Positions 8,345-17,989 of a DNA stretch of 64,000 nt are shown piece after piece. Where the stretch lies: the NCBI GenBank assembly GCA_016188865.1, contig JACPGX010000002.1:2398-66397 (forward strand). Direction: 5' to 3'. Each line of letters opens with the position of its first letter. The stretch's first letter is position 1. Source of the DNA: Candidatus Nealsonbacteria bacterium (GTDB lineage Bacteria; Patescibacteriota; Minisyncoccia; Minisyncoccales; MHMH01). The translations under genes were made by a program, and so were the position numbers. The notes under the pieces are model-generated. The model worked only from the letters and a program-made list of their open reading frames with translations, ran no database searches and had not been told where the DNA came from.

Positions 8345-9754
8345 TTAAATTCGAGGAAATAACGGCTGGCTTTTTTGCGTTTTCAATTGTTCTAAAATTT
8401 TTTCCGATGTTTTGGGCAAAAATGGTTCCAGTAATTTGGCTATTTCGCCTACGGCAAATAACAAATTGCCGATTACTTCTTTTTGGTTTTTGCTCTCTAC
8501 CCATGGTCTTTCTTTTTCAATATATTTATCGCACCAGCTAATTATTTCCCATATAGCCATCAACGCCTCATTAAACTCAAATCCATCAAGAAAACTATAG
8601 CATTCTTTTTGGGTTTTATTGATGAGTGATTTTAAATTTTTATTTGTAATTTTGGTTTTTGAATTTTTAATTTCTAATTTAGCAGCCATAGTAATAACTC
8701 TGGCAACGAGGTTACCCAGACCGCTTGCCAAATCGGCATTATATCTTCCCTCAAACTTTTCCTGTGTAAAGTCTCCGTCTTCCGTCGGCGGAATTTCCCG
8801 CAAAAGAAAATATCTTACTGCATCTGTTCCGTATTTTTTAATCAGTTCAAACGGGTCAACCACATTTCCCAACGACTTAGACATTTTCTGCCCGGCAACC
8901 GTAATAAAACCGTGGACAAAAATAGTTTTTGGCAAAGCTAATCCCAAAGATAAAAGCATTCCCGGCCAAATTAAAGAATGAAATTTTTGGATATCTTTGC
9001 CTATGCACTGGACATCTGCCGGCCAACGCCCGGGAGCGCCCGATAGATAATTTATTAACGCGTCAGCCCAAACATATATCGTTTGGGTTTCGTCGTCGGA
9101 AACTGGAATTCCCCACTTTAAATCTTTTCTGGGTCGCGAAAAACTGATATCCTCTAAACCATCTTTTAGGAAACTTAGCATCTCATTCTTTCTAGATGCG
9201 GGGATTATTTTAATTTTATCTTTCTTCAAAATTTCTTCAATATTTTTAGAATATTTTGAAAGCCGGAAAAAATAATTTTCTTCCTCCACAACTTCCGGTT
9301 CTTTCAAGTGAATGCGGCACCTTCCATCAATTAAATCTTTTTTCGTAATAAAAGCTTCGCAGCCCACGCAATACAAACCTTTATACTTTTTCTTATAAAT
9401 ATCTCCATTTTCCAGCAATTTTAACCATACCCCCTGAACTTTTGACCAATGTTTTTCCCTATCAGTGGTTCTGATAAAGTAGTCATTTGACAAATTAAAA
9501 ATTCTTGTCAATTCTCTAAATTTTTCAGAAACCATGTCAGTAAAATCTTCTGGAATTTTCCCGGCTTGCTCGGCAGCTTTTACCACTTTGGCTCCGTGTT
9601 CATCGGTGCCGGTTAAAAAGAAAACATCCTCGCCTAGAATACGGTGATATCTTGCTAAAACATCCGCTTGGACGATTTCCAATGCATATCCTAAATGCGG
9701 GAGAGCGTTGACATATGCTATGCTGGTTGTGATATAAAACTTTTTTCTTGCCAT
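8345..9754 (-). CDS. metG: Methionyl-tRNA synthetase (short form, no C-terminal tRNA-binding domain)
   Basis: HIGH-region variant NALPHLGYA, KMSKSLGN, and CxxC...C knuckle. Confidence 0.95.
   Translation of the reverse strand: MARKKFYITTSIAYVNALPHLGYALEIVQADVLARYHRILGEDVFFLTGTDEHGAKVVKAAEQAGKIPEDFTDMVSEKFRELTRIFNLSNDYFIRTTDREKHWSKVQGVWLKLLENGDIYKKKYKGLYCVGCEAFITKKDLIDGRCRIHLKEPEVVEEENYFFRLSKYSKNIEEILKKDKIKIIPASRKNEMLSFLKDGLEDISFSRPRKDLKWGIPVSDDETQTIYVWADALINYLSGAPGRWPADVQCIGKDIQKFHSLIWPGMLLSLGLALPKTIFVHGFITVAGQKMSKSLGNVVDPFELIKKYGTDAVRYFLLREIPPTEDGDFTQEKFEGRYNADLASGLGNLVARVITMAAKLEIKNSKTKITNKNLKSLINKTQKECYSFLDGFEFNEALMAIWEIISWCDKYIEKERPWVESKNQKEVIGNLLFAVGEIAKLLEPFLPKTSEKILEQLKTQKSQPLFPRI
8644..8678. 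repeat. Degenerate heptanucleotide tandem repeat inside metG
   Basis: ttgtaat tttggtt tttgaat ttttaat ttctaat. Encodes LEIKNSKTKITNKNLK. Confidence 0.5.
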
Positions 9755-9791
9755 ATATGATGTGTTATAATAATCATATCATTAAAACTTT

Positions 9792-10244
9792 ATGATTTTA
9801 AGCGCTCATCTTCTTGCTGGGGCAGTTATCGCCTCAAAAATATCCAATCCGATCCTTGCTCTTCCCTTAGCTCTTTTAAGCCATTATTTTTTAGATTTGC
9901 TGCCCCAAACAGAATACTCAATCTCAAATATTAAAGCAAAACGTTGGAGTAAATCTCTTTTAGATTGGTCTAAAGTTTTTTTGGATATTTCCTTTGGAAT
10001 TTTATTAATTTATTTATTTTCCGATAAAAGCCCCCTAATCTTTATTGGAGCTATTCCAGCCATAATCCCGGATGGAATGACTTTAGTCTATATTCTTTTC
10101 CCCGGAAAAAAACTAATAAAACTGCATCATAAATTCCACCAAACCGTGAATAATGTCTACGATACTGAAACTAAAAGAAAACCCGCTCTTTGGGGCATTT
10201 TTATGCAGATTATCATAGCTCTAATAGCTATTTTCCTATTATAA
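9792..10244 (+). CDS. Small membrane protein (possibly a DUF457/YdjM-like membrane-bound hydrolase)
   Basis: Four hydrophobic segments and an N-terminal SAHLLAG...SHYFLDLLP pattern. Family assignment is tentative. Confidence 0.35.
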   Translation: MILSAHLLAGAVIASKISNPILALPLALLSHYFLDLLPQTEYSISNIKAKRWSKSLLDWSKVFLDISFGILLIYLFSDKSPLIFIGAIPAIIPDGMTLVYILFPGKKLIKLHHKFHQTVNNVYDTETKRKPALWGIFMQIIIALIAIFLL

Positions 10245-10923
10245 CCACAAATTCTCCCCTGATCTCTTCTTTTTCAAGCTGTTCCAAAACATCCTCAATC
10301 GTGCCCCGATAAATAGTTTCAAACTTTTTAGTTAACTCGCGGCAGACTACCACCGCTAAGGAACTTAGTTCCTTAGCCCTTAAGGAACTAAGTTCCTTAA
10401 GGGTTTTTATTATTCTATAAGGAGATTCGTAAAAAATTACCGGATATTTTGAATCCGCCAGCTGGCGAACTGCTTCCTCAAAAAACTTTTTTCTTTTATT
10501 TTTTACCGGCGGAAAACCCAAAAATAAAAACCTATCCATTGGCAAGCCAGAAATGGAAACTGCGGCAGTCAAGGCGCTCGGTCCCGGTATGGGCACAATT
10601 CTTATTAATGGATATCGGACATCCATTATTCTCCTAACCAATTGATTGCCGGGGTCGGAAATGCCGGGAGTGCCGGCATCGGAAACTAATGCCAAATTTT
10701 TACCTTCTTTCAAAAGCTGAAAGATATATTCAGCTTTATTTAATTTAGAGTGCTGATGATAACTTATGGTTTTAGTTTTAATCTCGTAATGATCCAGCAA
10801 CTTTTGAGTTTGCCTGGTATCTTCGCATAAAATTAAATCAACCGACTTTAAAATGTCGATTGCCCTTAATGTGATATCGCCAAGATTGCCAATTGGCGTA
10901 GCGACAATATAAAGAGTAGCCAT
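10228..10923 (-). CDS. rsmI: 16S rRNA (cytidine1402-2'-O)-methyltransferase
   Basis: LYIVATPIGNLGDITLRAI..L..VDLILCEDTR and SDAGTPGISDPG motifs. Confidence 0.9.
   Translation of the reverse strand: MATLYIVATPIGNLGDITLRAIDILKSVDLILCEDTRQTQKLLDHYEIKTKTISYHQHSKLNKAEYIFQLLKEGKNLALVSDAGTPGISDPGNQLVRRIMDVRYPLIRIVPIPGPSALTAAVSISGLPMDRFLFLGFPPVKNKRKKFFEEAVRQLADSKYPVIFYESPYRIIKTLKELSSLRAKELSSLAVVVCRELTKKFETIYRGTIEDVLEQLEKEEIRGEFVVIIGK
10355..10403. repeat. Two abutting perfect-arm palindromes inside rsmI
   Basis: GCTAAGGAACTtAGTTCCTTAGC overlaps CCCTTAAGGAACTaAGTTCCTTAAGGG. Encodes LKELSSLRAKELSSL. Confidence 0.85.
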
Positions 10924-10924
10924 G

Positions 10925-11953
10925 TTAGAGCACTACTGCTTTTTCTTCCTTTTTTTTCTTTAAGAAGTCTTTTAAAAATTCAAAGAAAATCCCGGCAACC
11001 GGAATAGCCAAAAGCGCTCCCATCAAACCCCATAACTTTCCTCCGACCAATAAAGAAACCAGCACTAAAACCGGCGGCAAGCCGATGAATTTTTTAGCCA
11101 AGATTGGGGTTAAAATATTGCCTTCAATTTGCTGGATTAATATAAAGGCAACTGTGAAAAACACTGCCTTTAGCCAAACTGCAGAGGCCACGATAACTGC
11201 AATAACTGCTCCCGAGATAATTGGACCGACAATAGGTATAAAATTAAAAACACCTGCAAAAATACCGAAAGAAACCGCGTAGTCGATATTCAAAACGTAG
11301 CAAATCAAAAAAGTCATTAATCCAATAAAGAAAGAGGTCAAAATTCTCGTGCCAAACCAACCAGAAACCTTCCATTGGCTCTTTGCTAAAATATTCAAAA
11401 CTACAGCTTCATACTTCTTCGGAGTAAGAGCTCGTATTACTTTCTCAAACCCCTCTTCTTCCAAAGAAAGAAAGATGGCAATAGATAGAATGGTGAGAGT
11501 AGAAAATAATCCGCCGAAGATAACCCCTATGGCATTAAACACGCTGGAAGAAACAGCAGAAAGCTCGCTTTCCATAGTTTTAGTAAATTTCTCAAAACTT
11601 TCAAAAGCTTCTATGCCCAAGCCCCTAAAAGTTGGAGACACTCTTTCAAAATAAACAGGGAAAGATTGGGAAAACTGTTTAATTTCTGCAACAAAAATGG
11701 GGGCTACTAAATAAATAGAAATACCCACGATACCGAAAATAGCCACATAAACTAAAATCACGGCTAAAGCCCGAGGCATAAATTTCTTCAAAAAATTAAT
11801 AGCCGGATTAAATAGAATAGAAATAATAAGAGCAAAAATAACCCAAATTAAAATATCCCTTATTAAATAAAGAAGGTAGAAAATGCCTCCGGCAATGGCA
11901 ATCTTTAAAATTGTCTGCCAGGAAATATCTAATACTTTTGTATCATCAGCCAT
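10925..11953 (-). CDS. AI-2E family transporter (PerM/UPF0118-like permease)
   Basis: 342 aa with about 8 TM segments and a family-typical C-terminal half (FNFIPIVGPIISG ... QQIEGNILTP). Confidence 0.7.
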   Translation of the reverse strand: MADDTKVLDISWQTILKIAIAGGIFYLLYLIRDILIWVIFALIISILFNPAINFLKKFMPRALAVILVYVAIFGIVGISIYLVAPIFVAEIKQFSQSFPVYFERVSPTFRGLGIEAFESFEKFTKTMESELSAVSSSVFNAIGVIFGGLFSTLTILSIAIFLSLEEEGFEKVIRALTPKKYEAVVLNILAKSQWKVSGWFGTRILTSFFIGLMTFLICYVLNIDYAVSFGIFAGVFNFIPIVGPIISGAVIAVIVASAVWLKAVFFTVAFILIQQIEGNILTPILAKKFIGLPPVLVLVSLLVGGKLWGLMGALLAIPVAGIFFEFLKDFLKKKKEEKAVVL

Positions 11954-11960
11954 ATATTAT

Positions 11961-13223
11961 TTATTTTAATATTTTTAAAAAAGAAGCTTTCTCTCTAAAG
12001 GGGCCGATTAAAGCCAGGTTCAGTTTGCCCGGCTGAAAAATATCTTTGGCAACCAGCAAAACGTCATTAGCTGAAACTTTATTAATTTTAGCATACATTT
12101 GCTCTGGCGTTAAAATTTCTTTCTGCAGAAGTTCTTCGCTGCCGTAAAAAGAAGCCAAGGCATCCGATGATTCCAGGAGCAGAGCCATTTTGCCCGTAAT
12201 ATAATCTTTAGCTTTTTTTAATTCATTTGCCGGAACTTTTTTCTCTGATATTCTTTTATATTCTCTTAAAATAACCGAGACAGCTTTTTCTGTGTTTTTA
12301 TTATCTACGCCGGCCTGGGTAACCAAATATCCTGTATCCGGATTGGCATCGGCTTCAGTTCTAATGTAGTAAGCCAATCCCAAATTATCCCTAACCTCCA
12401 TAAAAAGGCGGGAACTCATCATCCCTCCCAAAATCACTCCCAAAACATCCTGAACATATTTTTTAGGATGGAAAAGATTATATCCCCTAACCCCGAAACA
12501 AAGATGAGTTTGATCGGTTTCTTTAAAATGTAAAAGGCATTCTGGCTGAGTTTGGCGTTCTATAACCGCCGCTTTTGGATTAAAAGCGGCTGATTTAATA
12601 CCGGAAAAATATTCTCTAATTTTATTTATAGCGTGGGAATTTTCTATCTTGCCTGCCACGCAAATAACGGTATTGGAGGCGACATATTGGCTTTTCATAT
12701 AATCTGCCAGTTTTTGCTGCGTCATTTTTGCGACAGTTTCTTTGGTACCGGCAATATCCCAGCCGGCCGGCTGGTCGCCATACAAAAGTTTGGACCATAA
12801 AATACCGACATGCGCCATGGGATTGTCATAAATCATATTGATCTCTTCGGTAATCACGCCTTTCTCTCTTTCGGCTTCTTTTTCCGGAAGCAAGCTATTC
12901 AAAAAAATATCCGAAACCCAATCTAAGGCCAATTCGAATTTTGAAGCTTCAACTTTGGCGAAATACCCAGTATAATCTTCACCGGTGAAAGCGTTGTATA
13001 TTCCCCCCACCTTATCTAAGGTTTCGGCAATCTCCAGTTTATTGGGCCTTTTTTTTGTTCCCTTAAAAAACATGTGCTCCAAAAAATGGGAAATACCGGA
13101 AATGTCTCTTTGCTCATACTTGGAGCCCGTTCCCACCAATACTAAAACAGTTACCGCCTGCGTGCTCTTTTGCGGCACCGTAATAATCCTCAAACCGTTT
13201 TTTAAAGTGATTTTTTTATGCAT
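11961..13223 (-). CDS. M16-family (pitrilysin/insulinase-like) zinc peptidase
   Basis: Inverted zinc motif HFLEHMFFKGT (HxxEH) near the N-terminus. Length is typical of the family. Confidence 0.85.
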   Translation of the reverse strand: MHKKITLKNGLRIITVPQKSTQAVTVLVLVGTGSKYEQRDISGISHFLEHMFFKGTKKRPNKLEIAETLDKVGGIYNAFTGEDYTGYFAKVEASKFELALDWVSDIFLNSLLPEKEAEREKGVITEEINMIYDNPMAHVGILWSKLLYGDQPAGWDIAGTKETVAKMTQQKLADYMKSQYVASNTVICVAGKIENSHAINKIREYFSGIKSAAFNPKAAVIERQTQPECLLHFKETDQTHLCFGVRGYNLFHPKKYVQDVLGVILGGMMSSRLFMEVRDNLGLAYYIRTEADANPDTGYLVTQAGVDNKNTEKAVSVILREYKRISEKKVPANELKKAKDYITGKMALLLESSDALASFYGSEELLQKEILTPEQMYAKINKVSANDVLLVAKDIFQPGKLNLALIGPFREKASFLKILK

Positions 13224-13251
13224 AACTTATTTAATTATACTCTATCTTATG

Positions 13252-13284
13252 AAAAATAAAAGTAGAGGATATTTTCCTCTACTT
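13252..13284 (-). terminator. Rho-independent terminator of the 13305..14897 gene
   Basis: AAGTAGAGG / CCTCTACTT hairpin, followed by a T-run on the minus strand. Confidence 0.6.
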
Positions 13285-13304
13285 TATTGTTTCTTCAAAA
13301 GTTA

Positions 13305-14897
13305 TTATTTTTCCGGCAAAGAAGGCAGCAGCCGCTCCAGCCGATCAGTCAGTTCCTTTAACTGCCCAATCACTTGTCGAAGCTCTTTTTGAGAAAGTTT
13401 ATCAACCGTCTGATTGATTATCTGGCCTGTCGCATCAATGATTGGGCTTTCGCCAATGCCCGCTATGCGTCCCTTCTTTTCTCCAAGCAGGAAACCGATC
13501 ATTTCTTGGTAATTGGAGCCCAAGCTTAACACTTCGTTTGTCTGGGAATTGACCAATACCGTATCAACAATGCCGGCAAAAGTATTGGGCGTCAGGGTGA
13601 ACATCCAGTACAGAACGCCCTGTTTCATTATTGGCCTGGGCTCGAGCACCAGAATTTGATCCCACTTAAATGCTGGATAAGCCCGGACAACGTAATCGCG
13701 AGCCCTTATTGGACCGATTAAAGTGCTATCTCCCGACATGGTTAACAACTCAACTTTACCAGTAATGGCATCTACGAAAAATAGTCGATAGATACCCTGG
13801 GCTCCCCAAGCATTAGCCGCAACCACCCACTTCTGGCCAAGATCAGTTGGCAAAAGAAATGGCATCTCATTAACCAAGTAGCCAGTTTCTGAAGGACCGA
13901 CTGAAGGAATTTCGATCTGATCTTGATGCTTAAAAATGGTGTTAGCAATGCCGTTTTTGTAAGCATAGGCCTCAACGTAAAGCCTGGCCAATTTCTCAGG
14001 AAATATGCGCGCATCTTTTAACAAATGATTTTGCATAGCCTCTTGAGGAGTTAAGTCTTCAACCGAGCCGTTGCTGTGGACCAGGAAGACTCCGCCGAAA
14101 TGAGGCACCATCACAGGAAACTTAAACGAATAATTCAAATATGGGGCTACCGCTACGACCTCTTCTTTTTCGCTCTGGATGTAATAAATCTCGGTGACTT
14201 CAGACCAGTATCTTTTCTGCCGCAGCTTCCAAAGAATGTGATCGCTGCCCAGCATGCCTTCGCCGATCGTCATTTTTTGCCGAATAGTTGAAACATCACC
14301 TCGGCTATCAACAATCGTGAAGCCGTCGCTATTGCGCAATGCTTCATTCCAAAAGCCCCGTGGCGCACGAGTCAAAATCCAGTGCATTTCATTTCCTTTA
14401 ATAACCGGATCGGCGTCTACATGCTGAACCATCGGCTCCTGAAGACGATTTTCGCCATACCGCCAAGCAACTTCCAGGGGTAGGTAACGAACAGCAGTTG
14501 TATTTGGCATAATTTCGACCTCTTCATAAGCTAGAGATTTATAAATATTCTGGCGAGTCCAGGAAGAATTGAAAGAGCCGAAAATTATAAGCCAAATGAC
14601 AAAACAAATTAAAAAATAAACGCCAGATGCTCCCCAGCTCTTTACTATCAAGCCAATGAACGCAGCGCTAATCAAAATTAGCGACAAAACTATCCAAAAA
14701 CCGAGGACACCATAAAACAGATAAAAGAACATCGGCTGGAAGAACGGCAACCAAGCAATCAGCCAGAAAAGAGTCAAAACAAGAGAAACAAAAAACAATA
14801 TAACCGATGTTTTTTTATCGTAATTGGAGATCGTCGCCCAAAAAGCAATCCAAGTGATGCAACTCATGAGAAAGACCACCAAAGCAAAAACTATCAT
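13305..14897 (-). CDS. Hypothetical membrane protein (N-terminal TM bundle, large soluble domain, C-terminal coiled-coil-like tail)
   Basis: 530-aa uninterrupted ORF. N-terminal hydrophobic helices. No family recognised. Confidence 0.5.
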   Translation of the reverse strand: MIVFALVVFLMSCITWIAFWATISNYDKKTSVILFFVSLVLTLFWLIAWLPFFQPMFFYLFYGVLGFWIVLSLILISAAFIGLIVKSWGASGVYFLICFVIWLIIFGSFNSSWTRQNIYKSLAYEEVEIMPNTTAVRYLPLEVAWRYGENRLQEPMVQHVDADPVIKGNEMHWILTRAPRGFWNEALRNSDGFTIVDSRGDVSTIRQKMTIGEGMLGSDHILWKLRQKRYWSEVTEIYYIQSEKEEVVAVAPYLNYSFKFPVMVPHFGGVFLVHSNGSVEDLTPQEAMQNHLLKDARIFPEKLARLYVEAYAYKNGIANTIFKHQDQIEIPSVGPSETGYLVNEMPFLLPTDLGQKWVVAANAWGAQGIYRLFFVDAITGKVELLTMSGDSTLIGPIRARDYVVRAYPAFKWDQILVLEPRPIMKQGVLYWMFTLTPNTFAGIVDTVLVNSQTNEVLSLGSNYQEMIGFLLGEKKGRIAGIGESPIIDATGQIINQTVDKLSQKELRQVIGQLKELTDRLERLLPSLPEK

Positions 14898-14936
14898 TTT
14901 TTCCGCCCCCTTATCAAAGAACTTTTTTACTACAAT

Positions 14937-14965
14937 AGGATATCATTTAATATAGAAAATGTCAA
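14937..14965 (-). promoter_or_regulatory. Putative sigma70-type promoter (TTGACA-N17-TATCCT, with TGA directly upstream of the -10)
   Basis: Minus-strand sequence TTGACAttttctatattaaatgaTATCCT, 40 nt upstream of the 14897 start. Confidence 0.45.
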
Positions 14966-15017
14966 GACAAAAAAACCGCGCCGGGCGAGGTTGAAAAAAT
15001 CTTATTTTAAGAAAATT

Positions 15018-16343
15018 TTATTTTTCTAATTTTTCTTTAAGAATTTCTAACAAATTATCTATTTTAACTCTGTCTTGTTTCATAGTGTCGCGGTCGCGGA
15101 TGGTTAAATCGTCTTTTTCTAAAGTTTCAAAATCTACAGTCAGACAAAATAACGTGCCGATTTCGTCCTGACGGCGGTACCTGCGGCCGATAGAGCCGGC
15201 TTCGTCGTATTGGCAGGCAAAATTATTTTTTAATAAATCAAAAACCTCCCTGGCCTTTTTGACTAATTCCGGCTTATTTTTCAGCAAAGGCAAAATAGCC
15301 ACTTTTACCGGAGCCAAAGATTTATGCAATTTTAACATCACTTCAACTTCTTTTACGGCTTCCGTTGTTTCCGTTCTGCCGCCCCTTATTTCCTCATAAG
15401 CATCTATTAAAAAAGCTAAAAAGCCTCTGTCTGCCCCTCCCGATGTTTCTATAATATGGGGGTAGTAACCTTCATATTTTAATTCTTTGCCGCAGTGCTT
15501 AGAATGATTAGACAAGTCCCAATCTCCCCTATTGTGAACGCCTTCAATTTCTTTCCAGCCAAAAGGAAACTTATACTCAATATCAACTGCTCTTTTGGCA
15601 TAATGAGCCAATTCTTCTTTATTAACTTCCCTGAATCTTAAATTTTCTTTTTTAATGCCCAAATTTAAATACCATTTCATTCTCTGCTCCTTCCAGTACT
15701 CAAAAAATTCCGGGGCTGTTTTGGGCTCGCAAAACCACTGCATTTCCATCTGCTCAAATTCACGAGTTCTGTAAATAAAATCCTTGGGAGTAATTTCGTT
15801 TCTAAATGATTTGCCAATTTGCGCCACCCCAAAAGGAATTTTTAAGCGCATTGAATTCACGATATTCTCAAAATTAACATAAATACCCTGACAGGTTTCG
15901 GCCCTTAAATAAGCCATAGCTGAATCTTCTTCTAAGGCGCCGACAAAAGTTTTCATCATCAAGTTAAACTTTCTGGGCTGAGTAATTTCTCCGCCGCAAT
16001 CCGGACATTTGTCTTTTTCCAAAAAATCTTTCCTAAACCTGTGGTGGCACTTTTTGCATTCCACCAACTCATCGGCAAAACCGGCTGATAAATGCCCGGA
16101 CGCCTGCCAAACTTTAGGGTTCATCATAATGGCGGAGTCCAGCCCCACAACAATTCCGCCAGCTGGCGGATTCTGCTTCCTTAACATTTCATCGCGCCAA
16201 GCATTTTTAATGTTATTTTTCATTTCCACGCCCAAGGGACCAAAATCATAACTCGATCCAAAACCGCCATAGATTTCAGACGATGGAAAAATAAAACCTC
16301 GGCGTTTGGATAAAGATATTATTTTTTGCAATAAGTCTTCCAT
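15018..16343 (-). CDS. glyQS: Glycyl-tRNA synthetase (class II, dimeric GlyQS type)
   Basis: RRGFIFPSSEIYGG, WQASGH, and the class II motif 3 region. Confidence 0.95.
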   Translation of the reverse strand: MEDLLQKIISLSKRRGFIFPSSEIYGGFGSSYDFGPLGVEMKNNIKNAWRDEMLRKQNPPAGGIVVGLDSAIMMNPKVWQASGHLSAGFADELVECKKCHHRFRKDFLEKDKCPDCGGEITQPRKFNLMMKTFVGALEEDSAMAYLRAETCQGIYVNFENIVNSMRLKIPFGVAQIGKSFRNEITPKDFIYRTREFEQMEMQWFCEPKTAPEFFEYWKEQRMKWYLNLGIKKENLRFREVNKEELAHYAKRAVDIEYKFPFGWKEIEGVHNRGDWDLSNHSKHCGKELKYEGYYPHIIETSGGADRGFLAFLIDAYEEIRGGRTETTEAVKEVEVMLKLHKSLAPVKVAILPLLKNKPELVKKAREVFDLLKNNFACQYDEAGSIGRRYRRQDEIGTLFCLTVDFETLEKDDLTIRDRDTMKQDRVKIDNLLEILKEKLEK

Positions 16344-16344
16344 A

Positions 16345-17967
16345 TTATTGAACTACTTGAGCCGTATTTATGACCGCTGCTTCTCCTCGAACGATTGATC
16401 CGGTAAACTGGTCCTCTCCGACAATTTCTGCTTTGCCAATCAAATCCTTGCTTACCAAACCTTGAGGCGTTATGGCTATCTGGAAAGCTGCGCTTGGCCC
16501 CTCTCCGCCAAAAACTCCCCTGCCGGCTGATAAATTATCTAATTTCCAAATAACCTCCCGGGAATTGGAATCAAAAGTTAACAAAGTATTCTCTGGAAAA
16601 ATCTTACCGGTTAAGTTAACTCCTTGGCCCAAAACTGCTTTTACTCGGGCGTTATTTACATCATTATAATAATTCTTTGCCTGCCAAATTATAGTATAGC
16701 TTGTGCGGCTGCCTGCTTGCGGCGGCAAGGGACCGGAATTTCCGAAAACTTCATCTTGGTAGTATCCTTTTTGGGTTATTTCTATTTTAGAATTGACTTT
16801 AGTGATAAATTCTTGGCTGGCCTGAGAAAGATAAACTCTGTTTCTTATTGTCGGGTTTGCGTCCTGCAGGCTATTCATGTTCCAATTTTCTTTCAAATTA
16901 ATCCAAAATTCTATTTTTCCCTCATCGCCTGACTCTAAAAATCTAAGGTTAGAAACCTTTCGCCAATCAAAAATTACAGAATTATCGCCAACCTCAAACT
17001 CGCCCAAGGGGGCCTTTAGTGTTTGGAAATCAAAAGCTTGGCCCTCCAATTTGGCTATTAAAAATAAATTATTAAAAGGTTCTGGGCCGATATTCCTGAA
17101 GAAAATCTCGTAATGCAAATTATCTCCCGGATTGGCGACATACTGGGGATTGTTATTAATTAACTGTGAAATATATATGGAAGGAGTGGCGATCTTAACT
17201 GCCCTTACCGATTCCTTTAAAACAACGAATGTCCCGGATTGCCAAATGCCTGCCTGGGCTTTAAACATTTTTTCTTCTTCCAACTCTCCCTTGAGGTTGC
17301 CCGTAATTTCAATTCTGCCGCCCTCGGCTTTATTCAAAAGGCCGATTTCCCATTCATTTACCCCTAAGGTTTTAGGATTGGAACTCATAAATTCGAAGTT
17401 TGACGGATATTCAATTTTAATGCCCAAACCGGAAAGAGGATAATCAGCATTTGAAAAATAATTCAGGCGAAATCTTATTTCTCCGCCAGACTCAACTTTC
17501 GATGGCAAATCGAACTCAAGAACCAAAGGCACTGACTTAATTTTTGCCGTATGGGAGGTTTCCGATTCGTAACGTGCTTTTAAATTTTTGGGCTTGTAAC
17601 TCAACCAAGCTCTGGCTTTTTTAATATCTCCCTGCTTGCCCAGAAGCCTGCCCTTAAAGTAAAGGGTGTCTGATTGTCCCGGGTAAATATCTTCTAAAAT
17701 GACTTCCTGCCTCAGCGGTTTTCCCGCTTCTAAAATGGAAAATTCAGGATACTCGAAAATAAGCCGAGGCTCTTCCAGCCGAATATCTCCATTATTTTTG
17801 TACCTCACGGCATACTCTACATCTTGAGCCGTATCTGCTTCATCGGGCCCCAAAATTTCCAATTTTAAAATATCTTTGGAGTAGATATTCCTCTGATAGT
17901 ACCAAAATCCTAAAATACCCACCAAGACGGCTAAAATGATAATGGTTAGGGTAAGTTTATTCTTCAT
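16345..17967 (-). CDS. Hypothetical N-terminally anchored, beta-rich extracytoplasmic protein
   Basis: Single N-terminal TM (LTLTIIILAVLVGILGFW) followed by repetitive beta-strand-like sequence. No family assigned. Confidence 0.5.
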   Translation of the reverse strand: MKNKLTLTIIILAVLVGILGFWYYQRNIYSKDILKLEILGPDEADTAQDVEYAVRYKNNGDIRLEEPRLIFEYPEFSILEAGKPLRQEVILEDIYPGQSDTLYFKGRLLGKQGDIKKARAWLSYKPKNLKARYESETSHTAKIKSVPLVLEFDLPSKVESGGEIRFRLNYFSNADYPLSGLGIKIEYPSNFEFMSSNPKTLGVNEWEIGLLNKAEGGRIEITGNLKGELEEEKMFKAQAGIWQSGTFVVLKESVRAVKIATPSIYISQLINNNPQYVANPGDNLHYEIFFRNIGPEPFNNLFLIAKLEGQAFDFQTLKAPLGEFEVGDNSVIFDWRKVSNLRFLESGDEGKIEFWINLKENWNMNSLQDANPTIRNRVYLSQASQEFITKVNSKIEITQKGYYQDEVFGNSGPLPPQAGSRTSYTIIWQAKNYYNDVNNARVKAVLGQGVNLTGKIFPENTLLTFDSNSREVIWKLDNLSAGRGVFGGEGPSAAFQIAITPQGLVSKDLIGKAEIVGEDQFTGSIVRGEAAVINTAQVVQ

Positions 17968-17989
17968 CGTGATTTTTTTATTTTAAATT

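Noticed and set aside
14912-14924. Exact 13-nt match TATCAAAGAACTT upstream of two minus-strand genes (also at 36410-36422; a looser version near 23080)
   Set aside because: AT-rich 13-mers are expected to recur by chance in a 64-kb window counted on both strands. Only the similar position relative to the start codons supports it, which is too weak to call a motif.
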